Shown: in pieces, positions 34,970 through 45,359 of the stretch
Numbering within the stretch: position 1 is the stretch's first letter
Layout of the letters: each line of letters opens with the position of its first letter
From: a virus
Lineage: Duplodnaviria; Caudoviricetes
DNA length: 64,000 nucleotides
Strand: one strand, 5' to 3'
IMG/VR virus record: IMGVR_UViG_3300037067_007193
Coordinates: 1 to 64,000 of that record
The notes under the pieces: generated by a model
The model's database searches: none
Told to the model about the DNA's origin: nothing
What the model saw: only the letters and a program-made list of their open reading frames with translations
Program-made: the position numbers and the translations under genes

Positions 34970-35686
34970 ATGAAAATACGCCACACGTGCAGTATGCCCG
35001 GATGCAACAAGCGGGTTGTTTCAAACGGACTATGCGATACACACAGGAAACGAGTAGAACGGCATGGATCGACCGAACAGACTCGTGCCGCTGATTGGGG
35101 CAAGCGAGAAAAGCATCCATTATATCACGCTTGGTTGTGGTATGTACACTTTCGCAAATCATTGCTTTGTGAAAGGTGGCACGACTTCTGGAATTTTGTA
35201 GAGGACGCAGGAGAAAGACCATCTCCCGATTACAAGTTACGCCGAATTGATGAAAACAAAAACTATTGTAAGGAAAATTGTGAATGGGTTGAGTGTGTCA
35301 AAGGGTCCGGTTCCGACGGTGAGTACAGGCGTGAATACGCAAAATTGTGGAGAACTAAAAACCAAGATAAAACAAAAGCCATAAACGTACGGAAGTTGGG
35401 ATTGTCAATACTGCAATATAACCTCTTGGAAAAAGGTCAGCATGGACTATGTGCGATTTGTGGCAAACAAGAACACGTAATGGTTAAGAGTACAGGCAAA
35501 CCTCGCGCCCTTGCCGTAGACCATAACCACGAGACGGGGGATATTCGCGGACTGCTTTGCACGAATTGCAATAAGGCACTTGGTCATTTTAAAGACAACG
35601 TTGAACTCTTGGCAAAGGCGATTGTCTATCTACAAAAAGAACCCGCGATACCGTTTTCAAAGACCTCGTTGAAAGTAGTTAATTAA
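34970..35686 (+). CDS. Free-standing homing-type endonuclease (endonuclease VII His-Me domain)
   Basis: N-terminal Zn finger CSMPGC..LCDTH; CAICG..LAVDHNHETGDIRGLLCTNCN. Confidence 0.85.
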   Translation: MKIRHTCSMPGCNKRVVSNGLCDTHRKRVERHGSTEQTRAADWGKREKHPLYHAWLWYVHFRKSLLCERWHDFWNFVEDAGERPSPDYKLRRIDENKNYCKENCEWVECVKGSGSDGEYRREYAKLWRTKNQDKTKAINVRKLGLSILQYNLLEKGQHGLCAICGKQEHVMVKSTGKPRALAVDHNHETGDIRGLLCTNCNKALGHFKDNVELLAKAIVYLQKEPAIPFSKTSLKVVN

Positions 35687-35746
35687 AAAATATCCGAACT
35701 ACGGGTATTCCACAATGACGGCATGTCCGTCCGTAGGAGAGAATAA

Positions 35747-36661
35747 ATGGCAGGATCGAATTTTAATCATGGGTTCAGTGGCGGGTTGGTGGTGCAGAAC
35801 CTTCCGGTTCAGCCGCTCGTGAATCCATATAACAAAGTATACTGGGTCGATGCGAACGCCGCACAGAACAGCGACGGTTCGTACAAGAAGCCCTTTGGTG
35901 CGATAGCGGATGCGCTGAGTGTGGCTATCACTGGCGATGTGATTTATGTCGCTGCGGGACATACCGAAAGTCTGTCCGGAGCGACAATCTTTGCCATGTC
36001 CACTGAGGGCGTTACGGTAATCGGACTTGGTGAGGGTCAGCGGGTTCCGACTTTCACGACTACCGCTACTGATGGCGCGGTGATGGTGACTGCGGCCAAC
36101 TGCACGCTGAAGAACCTGAAGTTCGTGGCTGGTATCGACAACACCGTTCAGGCCATAGACCTTTCGGCTGCTGCTGACGGCGCGAGAATCAGCGGATGCG
36201 TGTTCCGTGATACTGCCGCCGATCAGGAATTTCTGAAACACATTGACATTGCCACGACAATCGCTGATGTGATTATCGAGGACTGCGATTTCTCGTGCGT
36301 AGCCGGTGGCGGGATGACGAGTTCGATTTTCTTCACCGGTACAAGTTCGGATGTGGTTATCCGCAACAACGTGTTCTATGTCGATTGCTCTGCGTCTGTC
36401 ATCGACCATCTGGCTGACATTCCGACCAACATCCTGATACACGACAACCGTATCGTGAATCTGGATGACACCGGCACTCTCGGACTTGGCCTGAAATCGG
36501 ATGGAGCCGGGACCGGGCAGGTGTTTGATAACTACGTCTGGTGCAACGAAGCGGCTTCGGCCATCTTCGCCGTCACCAACGACTTCTTCGTCTGCGAGAA
36601 CTACTGCGCTAACAACATCAACGCCAGCGGCGTTCTGAATCCCGCTGCCGATACCATCTAA
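35747..36661 (+). CDS. Right-handed beta-helix virion protein A
   Basis: GDVIYVAAGHTE and I.I.N/DN repeats typical of the pectate-lyase fold. Confidence 0.7.
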   Translation: MAGSNFNHGFSGGLVVQNLPVQPLVNPYNKVYWVDANAAQNSDGSYKKPFGAIADALSVAITGDVIYVAAGHTESLSGATIFAMSTEGVTVIGLGEGQRVPTFTTTATDGAVMVTAANCTLKNLKFVAGIDNTVQAIDLSAAADGARISGCVFRDTAADQEFLKHIDIATTIADVIIEDCDFSCVAGGGMTSSIFFTGTSSDVVIRNNVFYVDCSASVIDHLADIPTNILIHDNRIVNLDDTGTLGLGLKSDGAGTGQVFDNYVWCNEAASAIFAVTNDFFVCENYCANNINASGVLNPAADTI

Positions 36662-36677
36662 CCCCTGACAACGGGAG

Positions 36678-37595
36678 ATGAAAATGGCTGGATTTGCAAG
36701 CGGTTCAATCAGTCCCATTGTCGAGGGACTTGATCTGGTGAATTATCCGCCAGTAAGCAACAAAGCGATATGGGTTGACTCCAATGGTATCGGCAGGGCC
36801 GATGGCACGCGGAATACCCCGTACACTACGATAGCTGCGGCTCTGGCTAAGGCGGCTACCGGTGACACTATTCTTATCGCCGCCGGGCATACGGAAAACC
36901 TGTCTGCGGCTACCACGTTCGCTATTTCCACGGCTGGTATCACGATCATCGGACTTGGGACTGGCAACCGCATTCCTACGTTCAGCGCCACGGCTGATGT
37001 CGGGGCCGTGATGATTACGGCGGCCAATTCGGTGCTACAGAACCTCAAGTTCGTAGCCAACGTGACTGACGGCGCTGTTCAGGCGATTGACCTGTCTGCC
37101 GCCGCAGACGGAACGATTATCCGCAACTGTGTGTTCAGGGATACTACGGCCACGAAAGAGTGGCTGAAGCATATCGACATCGCCACCACGATAGCCAACG
37201 TGGTTATTGAGGGTTGCGATTTCACGACTGCCGCCGGTTCAATGACCAGTTCCATCTTTTTCACCGGGACGAGCGACCATTGCACTATCCGCAATAACAG
37301 GTGGCAGGTAGATGCTTCCGCTTCTGTGATAGATCACCTGACTGGTGTTGCCACGCGCCTGATGATTTACGGCAACCGTATCGTGAATATCGACACGGAC
37401 GCCGGGCTGGTTGTGGGCGTGAAGTCCGATTCCACCTCCACTGGAATCATCTACGACAACTATATCCAGTCACCGAAGGCTGGTGCGGCTGTTCTTGCGG
37501 CTACAAACGATTTCTTTGTGGCTCAGAACTTCGCCAGTAACAACATCAACACCAGTGGCGTGCTTGACCCCGGTGCTGATACTTACGCGACTTAA
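36678..37595 (+). CDS. Right-handed beta-helix virion protein B (paralog of A)
   Basis: Shares QAIDLSAAADG, CVFRDT, LKHIDIATTIA, MTSSIFFTGTS and NDFFV with A. Confidence 0.7.
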   Translation: MKMAGFASGSISPIVEGLDLVNYPPVSNKAIWVDSNGIGRADGTRNTPYTTIAAALAKAATGDTILIAAGHTENLSAATTFAISTAGITIIGLGTGNRIPTFSATADVGAVMITAANSVLQNLKFVANVTDGAVQAIDLSAAADGTIIRNCVFRDTTATKEWLKHIDIATTIANVVIEGCDFTTAAGSMTSSIFFTGTSDHCTIRNNRWQVDASASVIDHLTGVATRLMIYGNRIVNIDTDAGLVVGVKSDSTSTGIIYDNYIQSPKAGAAVLAATNDFFVAQNFASNNINTSGVLDPGADTYAT

Positions 37596-37613
37596 TCCCA
37601 TTCTGCCCGTGAT

Positions 37614-37635
37614 GCCGGGGCTTAACCGCCCCGGC
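37614..37635. terminator. GC-rich hairpin between structural genes
   Basis: GCCGGGGC-TTAACC-GCCCCGGC; weak U-tract. Confidence 0.4.
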
Positions 37636-37658
37636 TCATTCAAATTGGAGGAAAACAC

Positions 37659-38912
37659 ATGAGGCCAGTAAGCATTACAATCGGCCTATCTCCGGCGGAT
37701 GCGGATGGGATATGCGCGGCTCAGACTGTTGCCGCTGCCGGTGAGTTGAGTTTAAGCAGCGGGGCGTTGTCGTCTGCGGTTGGTGTCGCCCGAATGGTAA
37801 CTGCCACGAAGATTACGATTACATGCGCGGCTGACGAGAGTGCAAGGAAGTTTACCGTCACCGGGAAAGACGCATACGGAAGGCAGATTGTAGAAAAGAT
37901 CACCGGAGTGAGTGGGACTGCCGCCACCAGTGGCCTGTACTACACGGAAGTGTCACGCATCGAGATTGACGGTGCTACAACCGGAAACGTGAGCGCTGGA
38001 GTGTCGGGTGATGCCGATGCCATCCTGACGGTGGCAACGCTTTCCGCCGCTGCTGCGTTCACGCTGAACGGAATATTCACCTATGAATCCACGATGCGCG
38101 GCATTGCCGATAACCATGCCCCCGTAGCCATAAAGATCACGTCTGCCGGTGATGACAGCGGGATCACCTTCACGGTGTACGGCCAGGACGGGAATTACGA
38201 TGACTGCACCGAGGTTATCACCGGCGCGAATGCGGGTGTGGCTTCCGGGACAACGACATTCCAGAAGGTCTACGCAATCTACGCAAGCGGCGCTGCTGCC
38301 GGTGCCGTGTACGCCGGATGGCCGAACGATCTTGACGGCATAGCGGCTTCGCAGTCCGTGTCTGGCGGTGCTGGTTATCTGGTGATGAACGGTGCCTATT
38401 GCGACCCGCAGCCCCGCCATATCAGCATCACATCCGCCAGTGACGACGAGAGCGGAAAGACTTTCACCATCACGGGTACAGACTGGCGGGATGAAGCTCT
38501 GACCGAAACGCTGGCCGGGCCGGGTGCGGGTCTGACGGTGAATGGTGACAAGAACTTCAAGACCGTCCGGGCCGTCTATTGCAGCGCGGCGTTGGCTGGA
38601 AACGTCACTGTCGGTTCCGCTGATGAGTGCGAAAGCCAGCCGATTGTCATTGACCATCGCTACAACGAATCCACAGTGGCGATTGACCACTCCGCCGATT
38701 CAGACCTGAACCATCGCTTTTTATACACGATGGATGACCTTCTTGCCGGGCCGCGATACGAGAACAATGCAAGATGGCACGTCAAGACAGAGGAAAAGGG
38801 CGCATCGGAACTCATTGCAGACCTTGAGGCTTGCAAGGCTGTACGCCTTGAAGTGGCTGGTCATGTACGCGGCGTTGTGGATTTGACGCTGACATTCCCG
38901 ACGGGATACTGA
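37659..38912 (+). CDS. Virion protein with three internal beta-rich repeats
   Basis: Repeats of I.ITS...D.SG.TFT..G.D....E...G......F..V. Confidence 0.65.
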   Translation: MRPVSITIGLSPADADGICAAQTVAAAGELSLSSGALSSAVGVARMVTATKITITCAADESARKFTVTGKDAYGRQIVEKITGVSGTAATSGLYYTEVSRIEIDGATTGNVSAGVSGDADAILTVATLSAAAAFTLNGIFTYESTMRGIADNHAPVAIKITSAGDDSGITFTVYGQDGNYDDCTEVITGANAGVASGTTTFQKVYAIYASGAAAGAVYAGWPNDLDGIAASQSVSGGAGYLVMNGAYCDPQPRHISITSASDDESGKTFTITGTDWRDEALTETLAGPGAGLTVNGDKNFKTVRAVYCSAALAGNVTVGSADECESQPIVIDHRYNESTVAIDHSADSDLNHRFLYTMDDLLAGPRYENNARWHVKTEEKGASELIADLEACKAVRLEVAGHVRGVVDLTLTFPTGY

Positions 38913-38916
38913 ACAC

Positions 38917-39195
38917 ATGGGACGCAGGGGTAAATACAGGCCGGGCGACCATCTGGTGATGTGCGAACTTTGCGCGATCAACTACTATCGCTCGGAGTGC
39001 CGCAAGAACTGGAAGGGCCAGATAGTGTGCGAGGACTGTTGGGAACCCCGGCATCCGCAGGATTTCGTGAAGGTGAAGCCCGACATAGCCAAGCCCAGGG
39101 ATGTGCGCCCGGATGGTAACGTTACGTTGAGTCAGACTTCATGCGGCAATGTCACAGCCGCAGACCTGCACGAGTATGACGGCGATCCGCTGTAA
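38917..39195 (+). CDS. Small Zn-binding conserved phage protein
   Basis: CELC...VCEDCWEPRHPQDFV. Confidence 0.75.
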   Translation: MGRRGKYRPGDHLVMCELCAINYYRSECRKNWKGQIVCEDCWEPRHPQDFVKVKPDIAKPRDVRPDGNVTLSQTSCGNVTAADLHEYDGDPL

Positions 39196-39206
39196 TTGAG
39201 GTTGCA

Positions 39207-39380
39207 ATGCCGCACCCGAAGAAAGGCGAGAAGCGCGGTGATTACGTGGGCCGCGCTATCCCGATCATCAAGTCAGAACATCCCGAACTTTCGCAGCGTG
39301 CGGTAGTGGGACGCGCATACGGGATGTTTGACTTTTACAAGAAAAAGAAGCGCCACCGCAAGCCTTTGACTGAAGGATAA
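39207..39380 (+). CDS. Small basic protein (57 aa)
   Basis: MPHPKKGEKRGDYVGRAIP...; SD GAGG; below track cutoff. Confidence 0.6.
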   Translation: MPHPKKGEKRGDYVGRAIPIIKSEHPELSQRAVVGRAYGMFDFYKKKKRHRKPLTEG

Positions 39381-39383
39381 TCC

Positions 39384-40331
39384 GTGGCTACAAGCGGAGT
39401 GGTTACAGTAAGCACCAGCCAGGATGCGCTTATGCGCCGGGCTTTCAGGCTTCTTGGGATGATAAAAGTCAGTGGAACGCGCCCCGGCGAAGAGATGGAT
39501 AATGCCGCCGAAGCCCTGAATGCCATGCTCAAGGAGTGGGATGCTCATGGTGTAGGACTTTGGCTTACCAAGCCTGTTACGCTTTATCCTCAGATGTCCA
39601 CGGCTTCTTTCAGTCTTGGGCCTTCAGGGGATAATGCAACGCTGTCCGGTGTCAGCACCGAGACCGCCGCAGCCGCTTCAAGCGGCGACAGCACAATCAC
39701 CGTGGATAGTGCAACTGGAATCAGCGACGGATACTACATCGGTGTTGAACTGGACAGCGGTTCTTTCCAATGGACTACCGTGAACGGCACACCCGCAAGT
39801 ACGACCGTGACATTGACGGCTGCACTTACCGATGATGTGGATGATGCCGCCACGGTGGTCTGCTATGAAACAAAGATCAACCGTCCGTTAAGGGTCAAAA
39901 ATGTCCGTTATAAGGACTCAAGTGGTTACGAGCGTCCGGTGGATATATGGGACCGCAGCACGTATTTCAACATCACGAACAAGACTACCGAATCCGATGG
40001 TCCCGTTGCCGTGTACTATGATCCGCAGTTGACCGATGGCAAGTTGTATATCTGGCCTTGCTGCAACGGCGTGGACGGCGAAATCCTGTTAGACGCTCAG
40101 ATGCCGATGGAGATACTGAACGCACGCACTGATGAGCCGCTGTTCGCAAACGAGTGGCAGAATACTATTGCCCTGAACCTTGCGGCGCTTATCGGCATGG
40201 AATACCCGCGAGAGGTAGACAAGCAGCATCTCATGTGGATTAAACGCGAGGCGCTGGAAGCGTATTCCAAGCTCCGCAATTTTGACAACGAAGACACGAG
40301 CGTATCCTGGGGTGTGCGTACCAGTTTTTAA
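39384..40331 (+). CDS. Head-tail adaptor (P22 gp4 / tubular protein A-like) with inserted domain
   Basis: RAFRLLG...ALNAMLKEW, YYDPQL...LYIWP, EWQNTIALNLA. Confidence 0.7.
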   Translation: MATSGVVTVSTSQDALMRRAFRLLGMIKVSGTRPGEEMDNAAEALNAMLKEWDAHGVGLWLTKPVTLYPQMSTASFSLGPSGDNATLSGVSTETAAAASSGDSTITVDSATGISDGYYIGVELDSGSFQWTTVNGTPASTTVTLTAALTDDVDDAATVVCYETKINRPLRVKNVRYKDSSGYERPVDIWDRSTYFNITNKTTESDGPVAVYYDPQLTDGKLYIWPCCNGVDGEILLDAQMPMEILNARTDEPLFANEWQNTIALNLAALIGMEYPREVDKQHLMWIKREALEAYSKLRNFDNEDTSVSWGVRTSF

Positions 40332-40334
40332 ACT

Positions 40335-40363
40335 AATTTAAGACATTCTCATCTGTATATGCT
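40335..40363 (+). promoter_or_regulatory. Candidate box-type late promoter (copy 1)
   Basis: AATTTAAGACATTCT starting 23 bp before TATGCT; the same box occurs at 55332. Confidence 0.45.
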
Positions 40364-40377
40364 TTTGGAGATTTAGC

Positions 40378-41424
40378 ATGACACCACGCAGCTTGATTAA
40401 TTCATCTCTGAGGGCCATTGGCGCGATACAGGCCAACGAGGTTCCAACGAATGACATGTTTGAAGACGCCCGTGAATTGCTGAATATGCTGATGGATTCA
40501 TGGAGCGCCGAAGAACTTTTGCCGCACGATTACATCCAGGAGTCTTACACGCTCTCTTCCGGGGTCGCCAACTATACCATCGGTAGCGGGGTGGCTACAG
40601 GAGCCACTACGGGGATCGTAGCCGCTGCGGCGGCATCCGGAACAACCCCCATGACAATCAATGCCGCGAGTGTTGCCGACCCGGTGATTGTTGCCAGCGG
40701 AGTAGCCACGTTAGACATTCCGCGTCATGTTGTAATGACTGTAAGTGCGGCGTCAAACAGCGCCGGTATAACACTCACCGTTGCCGGAACAAACACCTAC
40801 GGAGATGTCATAAGCGAATCGTTCGCGGTTCCCACGTCCGGCGGTGGAACTATTCACGGAACCAAACAGTTTAAAACCGTAACTTCTGTTACGCCTTCGG
40901 CTACAACCACCAGTACCATAGCCTTTGGCGTAGACGCCATCATTAACATCCGCCGCCCGATAAAAATAGTGGATGCTTTTGTCCGGTCGTCTACTACGGA
41001 TACTCCGGTTTATGCCGCCGCCCGCGAACGCTATAATGAATTATCCGCGAAAAGCACGACCGGAACGCCCACGAGATTTTATTACGACCGCCTGTATCCG
41101 AGTGGGGAGATATATCTATATCCCGTTCCGGCGGTGGCAACGCTGACACTGTATCTCGACTTGTGGCTTCCTTTTGTTACTATCGCCTCGACAGCCCTTG
41201 ACACTGCCATAAACCTGCCGGGAGAATACATTCTGGCTTTCCGCTGGAATCTGGCCGCTGAACTGGCCCCTGAATACGGCAAGGAAGTAAAAGAGTTTGT
41301 GTTTGTCCGTGCACAGGAAACCAAGAACACCATTCGCAAGCTGAACAGTTTGCCGCCCAAACCGCTTAACCTCAAGACACCGATGGCCGTTATTGATGGT
41401 CAGCCAGCAGCCAATTCCAATTAA
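40378..41424 (+). CDS. Second head-tail adaptor paralog with inserted domain
   Basis: SLRAIG...LNMLMDSW, FYYDRLYPSGEIYLYPVP, AFRWNLAAELAPEYG. Confidence 0.7.
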   Translation: MTPRSLINSSLRAIGAIQANEVPTNDMFEDARELLNMLMDSWSAEELLPHDYIQESYTLSSGVANYTIGSGVATGATTGIVAAAAASGTTPMTINAASVADPVIVASGVATLDIPRHVVMTVSAASNSAGITLTVAGTNTYGDVISESFAVPTSGGGTIHGTKQFKTVTSVTPSATTTSTIAFGVDAIINIRRPIKIVDAFVRSSTTDTPVYAAARERYNELSAKSTTGTPTRFYYDRLYPSGEIYLYPVPAVATLTLYLDLWLPFVTIASTALDTAINLPGEYILAFRWNLAAELAPEYGKEVKEFVFVRAQETKNTIRKLNSLPPKPLNLKTPMAVIDGQPAANSN

Positions 41425-41438
41425 ACGGTGTCTGATCC

Positions 41439-44400
41439 ATGCCAAGAGTTCCCTTCCCCATAGTCGGCGGCTCGTATAGCGGCGTATCCAAAGACGCCAA
41501 TCCGCAACGTTCGATCAACCTGTATCCTGAATATGACAAGACGGGAGGTCGTAATATTCTGCGCGGCACTCCCGGACTTGTCGAGTACAAGGACATGAAG
41601 ACCGAATCGTTGGCCGATGAACAGATAACCAACGGAGATTTTGCGGACACGGATACGGCGTGGACCCTGGATGAGACATGGGCGGTTACTGGTGAACAAC
41701 TGGTAAAGAGTGCGCCGGAATCGGTTGATTTCGAGGGCGGTGAATCCACTTCAACCGTTCTCGGCTCCGAAATGATAACCAATGGAGCCTTTGCCAGTGA
41801 CGCTACCAGTTGGACACTTGGGGATAAGTGGGAATACGACTCGGATGGCGACCGCCTTTCGTATGTCGGCACTACGGGTGAGACAGATACTTCTCCCGCC
41901 AGTCCTGAGTGCCTGACCAATGGAGATTTTGCCACCGGTTCTACGAAATGGTACGTCAACTCCAACCGTGGGGCCGCACCGAACCTTCCACCATCTCCCA
42001 CCACCAATACCAAGTGGACATTCACTGGTGGCAATCTTGTGTTTCAGGATACAGCCACGACCGATCCGTGGAACCAGATGCGCGGCACGGATGGAGAGGA
42101 GCATGTCTGGCAAAAACTCAGCGACATGGCCGTTCCGATAAGGGACGGTGTTCCCTACCAGATAGAAATAACACTTGCCGCCGGAGCCGATCTGAAAGGT
42201 GGACGACTGGAGGTGTCTCTTGGCAAGATGTTCAACGAGGCGCACAAAGATATAAAGACGGTCTACAGACGAGTTTTGCGGGAAGAATGTGCCGCGTTGC
42301 AGATTGATATTGGAGAGTGGGAAGCCGATCAGAATACTTCGCCGGGAAAATTCTGGACCTACGCCCCCGCCACTACCCCCACAAACAACTACAGATTTAC
42401 CGATCCGTATTTATCGACTGAAACCGGATGGTCGTGGGGTATGGTTATCCCACAATCCTTTATGGTGGATGGCAGTACATCGGGCGATGTCGTGGGAACG
42501 TTCCGCGAAACATGTACACCCCGCCGCAGTTCCGATATGTGGTGCTATCGTCCTGATGGTTTGATGCCCTGCGATGACGCCGACTCCGGACTGAGATTAG
42601 CCTTTGTGCGCGGAACGGAATCCGGATACGCCAGCTTCACGATTACGGGCATAAGCGTCAAGGAAATAGCGGTTGCCGCACCCGGAGCAGCGGTGGTGGC
42701 GGAAGCGGCATCTCAGGCAGTTGCCGACATGGTGGCAACTCCCGCAGAAGGCACAAATTACCTTCTTGAATACACCGTGACCGCAACCAGCGGTTCGGTT
42801 ACTCCCTATCTCAGTGGTAATGCCGGAACCGCAAGATCGGTCAGCGAGACCTACACTGAATCCATCAACTGCGGTTCGGATGGGACGGGATTGGAATTTG
42901 TTCCGAGTTCTGATTTTGTTGGAACGATTGACACCGTAAGCATGAAAGAGTTCCCCCGCACGGTGACTACTTACACCCATCTTCCTGCTCCTGTTCTTGG
43001 TTCTGAGATGATAACCAACGGGACGTTCACGGATGGAAGTGACGGTTGGGAACGTGATTTCTATTGGAAGTGGACTCCCGATGAACTCTATTTTGAGGTA
43101 AGTAACGATGCGGGTTTGCTTAATGGGACATTCGATACCGATACGTCCCATTGGATAAAGCTTGGGAGTACGGGAGATGCTTATGCGTCAGTGTCTGACG
43201 GGGTTCTTATGCTGGCTGCGGGAGGGTACGTGGCCGGGGGAATAGTTCTATATCAAGATTTCACGACAATCCCTGGTGGTGTCTACACGGTAACTTGGAC
43301 GTTTGTTGATAAAGGATCGGAATACGGTAATCCTGTTTCGTATCCGGGGTTCGCTTTCGGGTTCGAGGTAGCGGGCTTTGAGTATTGGTATTATGTCGCT
43401 GGAACTCATTCTATAGTATTCACGGCCACAGAAACTAAGTATAGAATAAATATATGCTGCTACAATTATTCGTATATAAAATTCGATAATATTATAGTTA
43501 CTGCCGATGTAGAGGGGATACAGAACACACTGACACAAAAAAACGCCAGCCTGACCAAAGATTTCGCGCCAGAAAACAAATACTATATGTCGTTTGATAT
43601 TTCGGATTGTACTGCGGGGATGCTGACCGTAGCCGTTGGAGATGACAAACGCAATAAAAAGGTGTTTACGACAAACGGCACACGGGAAATGTATCTTGAA
43701 AATGTCGCTGCCGGTTCGGATGTCGTGTTTTCGGCCAGTGCGGACTTTGATGGACATCTTGATAACGTCTCTCTTTGCGAAGCCATAACCAGTTCCTCTC
43801 CTGCCCTTGCCCGCCAGTACAACGCCGATATGGTGACTCCGGTTGTAAAAGACCATCTCTACCGGGTGGATTTTACGGTGGAATCCATATCCGATGGAAA
43901 GGTCACTGTAACTCTCGGTGGAACACAGTACACGTATCCAATAGTTTCCGCCGATGACTACTCCCTTGACATCGCCGCAGCGGAAGACAGTGGACTTGTT
44001 TTCACCGCTGACTACACGACAGAAGTTACGCTCGATGATGTCAGCGTCAAAGAGATCACCTACCCACCTTATCAGGTGCGTGGCCTTCTGCCTATCGGGA
44101 CTGACCTGTACATCCTGTACGGCCCGTACCTGTCAAAGTTGACCAGCGCCGGGGATTTCTCTGTCCTCAACGAAGATTCCCCGATGGCAAGCAAGTCAGG
44201 ACTTGTCACGATGGCGCATATCAAGTACGGCGCTGGCTACCAGATAATGATATGCGATGGTTCGGACAAGGTAGCCTATCTGTACGACACCACTACAAGT
44301 CTGTTCACCGTGTTGACCGAAGGCGAACACGAGTTCCAGGGCGGCGGGACGGTCTGTGCGATAGATGGATATTTCCTGTCGAATCAGGTCAACGGTGACA

Positions 44401-45359
44401 GGATATACTATTCCGAAACCACCGATGGCCTTTCTTGGGACGCCTCCGATGACACGCGGGCATGGATAAAGACATCCAACATCCAGCGGGTGTTCGCGCA
44501 TTCGCAACTCGTGTGGGCGTTCAAGGAAGACAGCATTGAATTATTCTACAACACCGGGGAACCGGGTGACGCCACGCCGACATTCGGGCGTGTCCAGGGT
44601 GGTGCGTTCAATATTGGATTGCTGGCTGATTGGAGCGTTGCCGCAATAAAAGAACGTCTATTCTGGCTGGCATCCGACAAGACGGTTCAGATGGCCGTCG
44701 GCCAGTCTATCAATACAGTCAGCACCCCGCAACTGAGTTACCAGATAGAGCAGATGACAACTGCGAGTGATGCAGTGGCGTACTGCTACACGGAAGAAGG
44801 GCATGACTTCTATGTCATTTCCTTCCCCACCGCTGATGTAACCTATGTGTACGATGTCTCAACCGGAGAGTGGCATGAACGACAGTCATACGATTCCGAC
44901 CGTGGCGTGGATGGAAGACACCGTAGTAACTGCTATGCCTATTTTCGGGACAAGCATGTCGTCGGTGACTTCTCCAACACAAAACTGTATGAACTTGACA
45001 CTGCGGTATATACCGATGACGGAAACAGAATAATCCGTCGCCGCGTGACACAGAACGTCAATGAGCAAAACCTGATGTGTTTCTTCAATGAGTTTGAGGT
45101 TCGGTTTGAAGGTGGAGTTGGCGTGTTAAGCGGTCAGGGTTCAAGCCCGAAGGCCATCCTGAGAATAAGCAAGGACGGTGGACACACATGGAGTTCTCCC
45201 GTTGAAGCGACAATGGGAAGCCGTGGTGGATACGGTGTTCGTTCGGTCTGGCGCAGACTCGGAAGCGGGCGGGATTTCGCTGCGGAAGTGAGTGTTTCCG
45301 ATCCGGTAAAGGTAGTGGCTGTTGACGGACATCTGACCTACGAACAGGGGTATGCGTGA
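41439..45359 (+). CDS. P22 gp10-like tail nozzle with a large (~820-aa) insertion of CBM-like domains
   Basis: N-terminus GGSY...QRSINLYPE..LRGTPGL; C-terminal gp10-like core (DGYF, EEGHDFYVISFP, WRRLGSGRD); internal ITNG.F repeats. Confidence 0.8.
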   Translation: MPRVPFPIVGGSYSGVSKDANPQRSINLYPEYDKTGGRNILRGTPGLVEYKDMKTESLADEQITNGDFADTDTAWTLDETWAVTGEQLVKSAPESVDFEGGESTSTVLGSEMITNGAFASDATSWTLGDKWEYDSDGDRLSYVGTTGETDTSPASPECLTNGDFATGSTKWYVNSNRGAAPNLPPSPTTNTKWTFTGGNLVFQDTATTDPWNQMRGTDGEEHVWQKLSDMAVPIRDGVPYQIEITLAAGADLKGGRLEVSLGKMFNEAHKDIKTVYRRVLREECAALQIDIGEWEADQNTSPGKFWTYAPATTPTNNYRFTDPYLSTETGWSWGMVIPQSFMVDGSTSGDVVGTFRETCTPRRSSDMWCYRPDGLMPCDDADSGLRLAFVRGTESGYASFTITGISVKEIAVAAPGAAVVAEAASQAVADMVATPAEGTNYLLEYTVTATSGSVTPYLSGNAGTARSVSETYTESINCGSDGTGLEFVPSSDFVGTIDTVSMKEFPRTVTTYTHLPAPVLGSEMITNGTFTDGSDGWERDFYWKWTPDELYFEVSNDAGLLNGTFDTDTSHWIKLGSTGDAYASVSDGVLMLAAGGYVAGGIVLYQDFTTIPGGVYTVTWTFVDKGSEYGNPVSYPGFAFGFEVAGFEYWYYVAGTHSIVFTATETKYRINICCYNYSYIKFDNIIVTADVEGIQNTLTQKNASLTKDFAPENKYYMSFDISDCTAGMLTVAVGDDKRNKKVFTTNGTREMYLENVAAGSDVVFSASADFDGHLDNVSLCEAITSSSPALARQYNADMVTPVVKDHLYRVDFTVESISDGKVTVTLGGTQYTYPIVSADDYSLDIAAAEDSGLVFTADYTTEVTLDDVSVKEITYPPYQVRGLLPIGTDLYILYGPYLSKLTSAGDFSVLNEDSPMASKSGLVTMAHIKYGAGYQIMICDGSDKVAYLYDTTTSLFTVLTEGEHEFQGGGTVCAIDGYFLSNQVNGDRIYYSETTDGLSWDASDDTRAWIKTSNIQRVFAHSQLVWAFKEDSIELFYNTGEPGDATPTFGRVQGGAFNIGLLADWSVAAIKERLFWLASDKTVQMAVGQSINTVSTPQLSYQIEQMTTASDAVAYCYTEEGHDFYVISFPTADVTYVYDVSTGEWHERQSYDSDRGVDGRHRSNCYAYFRDKHVVGDFSNTKLYELDTAVYTDDGNRIIRRRVTQNVNEQNLMCFFNEFEVRFEGGVGVLSGQGSSPKAILRISKDGGHTWSSPVEATMGSRGGYGVRSVWRRLGSGRDFAAEVSVSDPVKVVAVDGHLTYEQGYA

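Noticed and set aside
34894-35746. Group I intron carrying the endonuclease
   Set aside because: Capsid ORF ends normally (WGSPGK*) and no P/Q/R/S core elements were recognised
33041-38690. Long antisense ORFs (33041-33874, 33949-35103, 35699-36718, 37953-38690)
   Set aside because: Antisense shadows of biased structural genes; no motifs or RBS
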